The notes below the pieces were generated by a model. It did not search any database, had not been told where the DNA came from, and saw nothing but the letters and a program-made list of their open reading frames with translations. A program made the position numbers and the translations under genes. This document shows, piece after piece, positions 61,681 to 64,000 of a stretch of DNA of 64,000 bases; the first letter of the stretch is position 1, and every line of letters starts with the position of its first letter. Source of the DNA: Podarcis liolepis (taxonomy: Eukaryota); assembly GCA_965112155.1 (NCBI GenBank), contig OZ218107.1, one strand, 5' to 3'.

Positions 61681-63087
61681 CTTGTCCCTTCGGAGAGATT
61701 GCAACCTTGTCCAGAAGTGGAGAATTCCCTAACTCCTGAATATGGGAACCACTCACCCCATGGAGTCTCAATTTTACCATGATTCAATCTCTGTATTTTG
61801 ACCCTTATCCAGCCCACCACTACAGCTAGCCACAAGTACAAAAGCATCCCCTGACTCAGATATAACAGGGGGGAAAGGGATGGGTGTTATCAGTATGATG
61901 ATGATACAATGCCCTAAATCTCCTAATGGCCAACAGCTGATCACAGGGCAGTTTACAAAATAAAACACAAAAATACATAGCATAATTAAAAAACCATACC
62001 TCCCTCCAACACACAGTTTAGAAACCCATAAATTATTTAACACACACAAAAATTGCCAGGACATGGACACATATTCTCCCCCAATGCTACTCTCTGAACC
62101 TATCCCCACAGGTAGAAGCAGAACCACTGCAACACAGTGCCACCAAGTCCCAACTCATGGAAATAGTCCAGGAAGAAACCATGGTCACCAGTATTAAAAA
62201 AACCACTGAGCAATCAAGAAGGAGCAACAAGGTCACATTCCCCTGCCCATCTCCTAAAGACCCAAACGTAACGATGTGAGAAATCTACCATTTGGATCAA
62301 TTATAGTTTTTAACACACTCATCCTCTCTTATGTATCCCTGATGTAATCTGCTCTCTCCCTGACAGCTGCTACTAGCTCCTCTGACATCTGCTCTCAACA
62401 CATGGGTGTCGGGGGCTGGACCAGCAATGTAGCCTTGCTTCTTTGCCCACCACTCTAGTGCCCTACACCGCTTTATAACAAATAGCCAGTTTGGATGAGG
62501 TTGATTTGGATTATAGAGAGGAAAGACTTAAAAAACCTCACCAATCATCAAAGCAGCTGTGTGGGGCAGATAATTAGTCCTTAATAAAAAAAAACCAAAA
62601 ACAGCGATCCTATTATGTTACATGTTGACTGACACTAAATCTGTAATTCTTATATGATATATGGATTACATTCTTGTAGAGTTCTTCCCTATGCATCAAA
62701 GCAGCCATGGAACTACGTCCAGGAGAACATCACACACCCATGTACTGAACATGAGAGCAACACCTATGCACTGAACATGAGTGATCTAAAGAGGAACTGA
62801 GGGCCTCTGTTTCTATGTCCTAGGAATCTAATGTATTATGTAGAAAGGAAGCATAATATTGCCAACAGTGGTAACCCTGGCAAGCAGGGGAAACCCTTTC
62901 ATTATTTTCCATATAGGACATTATTATTATTATTATTATTATTTGAATTTATTCTCAGCACGTACAACTCTTTGAGTAATGTAGTAAATATACACATTTC
63001 TGAGTATCAGTAAAAAGTAGAAAATAATTTGTTAATCTTTAAGGCGCAACAACTCTGTTTTGCTGCAACAGACTAATACAGCTATAA

Positions 63088-63455
63088 AAAGGTAAACGTA
63101 AAGGTACCCCTGCCCGTACGGGCCAGTCGTGTCCGACTCTGGGGTTGCGCGCCCATCTCACTTAAGAGGCCGGGGGCCAGCACTGTCCGGAGACACTTCC
63201 GGGTCATGTGGCCAGCGTGACGAAGCTGCTCTGGCGAGCCTGCACCAGCGCAGCACACGGAAACGCCGTTTACCTTCCCGCTATAAAGCGGTACCTATTT
63301 ATCTACTTGCACTTAAGGGTGCTTTTGAACTGCTAGGTGGGCAGGAGCTGGGACCGAATGACGGGAGCTCACCCCCCGCGGGGATTCGAACCATCAGCCA
63401 TGCGATCGGCAAGTCCTAGGCGCTGAGGTTTTACCCACAGCGCCACCCGCGTCCC
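63088..63455 (-). mobile_element. Sauria SINE, full length, young (CpG-rich)
   Basis: Head gggacgcgggtggcgctgtggg...ggttcgaatccccg on minus, (ACCTTT)-type tail; highly similar to the 4313 copy. Confidence 0.9.
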
Positions 63456-63503
63456 TCTCTAGAACTCTATATACTCTCTAGAACCCTCTATACTCTCTAG
63501 AAA
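63455..63503. repeat. Short tandem repeat (~19-20 bp unit, ctctctagaa core x3)
   Basis: ctctctagaactctatata ctctctagaaccctctata ctctctagaa. Confidence 0.8.
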
Positions 63504-64000
63504 AACATTAAAATATTGGTGACTATAAATCTATATCAGTGACCACTCAACAATGTGATGAATAACTCATCTATACCAGCATTTTAAAGCTATCTATGTG
63601 GCCATTGTGGGAAAAACACTTGTGCTTATACCCCCATCAAATTGCAAGCAGTACTGAAATTCAGAAGTGCCCCAAAGCAGTCCCTACTAGATAAAGTTAA
63701 TAAATGATACCTTCCCATCTCTTGAGGTTATTCCTGTGGTCAGATATAAAATGCACAACCGATAAACGCCAGAAAAGCTTATTTCTCAATAGAATGAATC
63801 TGACAGGTAGGTATTGAAATTTCACGCCTGTAAGAACCGGGTTTTTGTTTTCCCCCATTTAAAACATGTCTGCCATCTACCGACTGGAACAAAATAAACC
63901 TAGAGGGAATGGTGTGCATAGCAAAACAAAAACTTTGTTTGTAATCTCTTTCTCATTTAATTATCATTCATTCCAATGTGCTAAGATCATTATAACACAC

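Overview
AT-rich vertebrate genomic DNA from a squamate, most likely a lacertid-type lizard (inferred from Sauria SINEs and other squamate repeats). The whole window lies inside one large minus-strand gene, neuron navigator 3 (NAV3). I resolved 11 consecutive internal coding exons by hand (58168-58287 down to 7828-7905). All have AG/GT boundaries and consistent phases, and they join into 2278 nt (~759 codons) of open frame from the Ser-rich central region into the second coiled coil. Start, stop and the flanking exons lie outside the window. The introns hold five Sauria SINEs, other tRNA-derived SINEs, CR1 and L2 LINE fragments, TA-flanked Tc1/mariner-type MITEs, hAT MITEs with perfect 8-bp TSDs, and microsatellites. 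Most ORF-track entries are noise or antisense shadows of exons. I see no prokaryotic-type system and no firmly demonstrable novel gene. The best leads are splicing and RNA-structure candidates: a (UG)n-driven cryptic poison exon, three unannotated cassette-exon candidates, microexons with neural splicing motifs, and a near-perfect ~70-nt intronic hairpin. Repeat family names come from recalled consensus features, not database searches.
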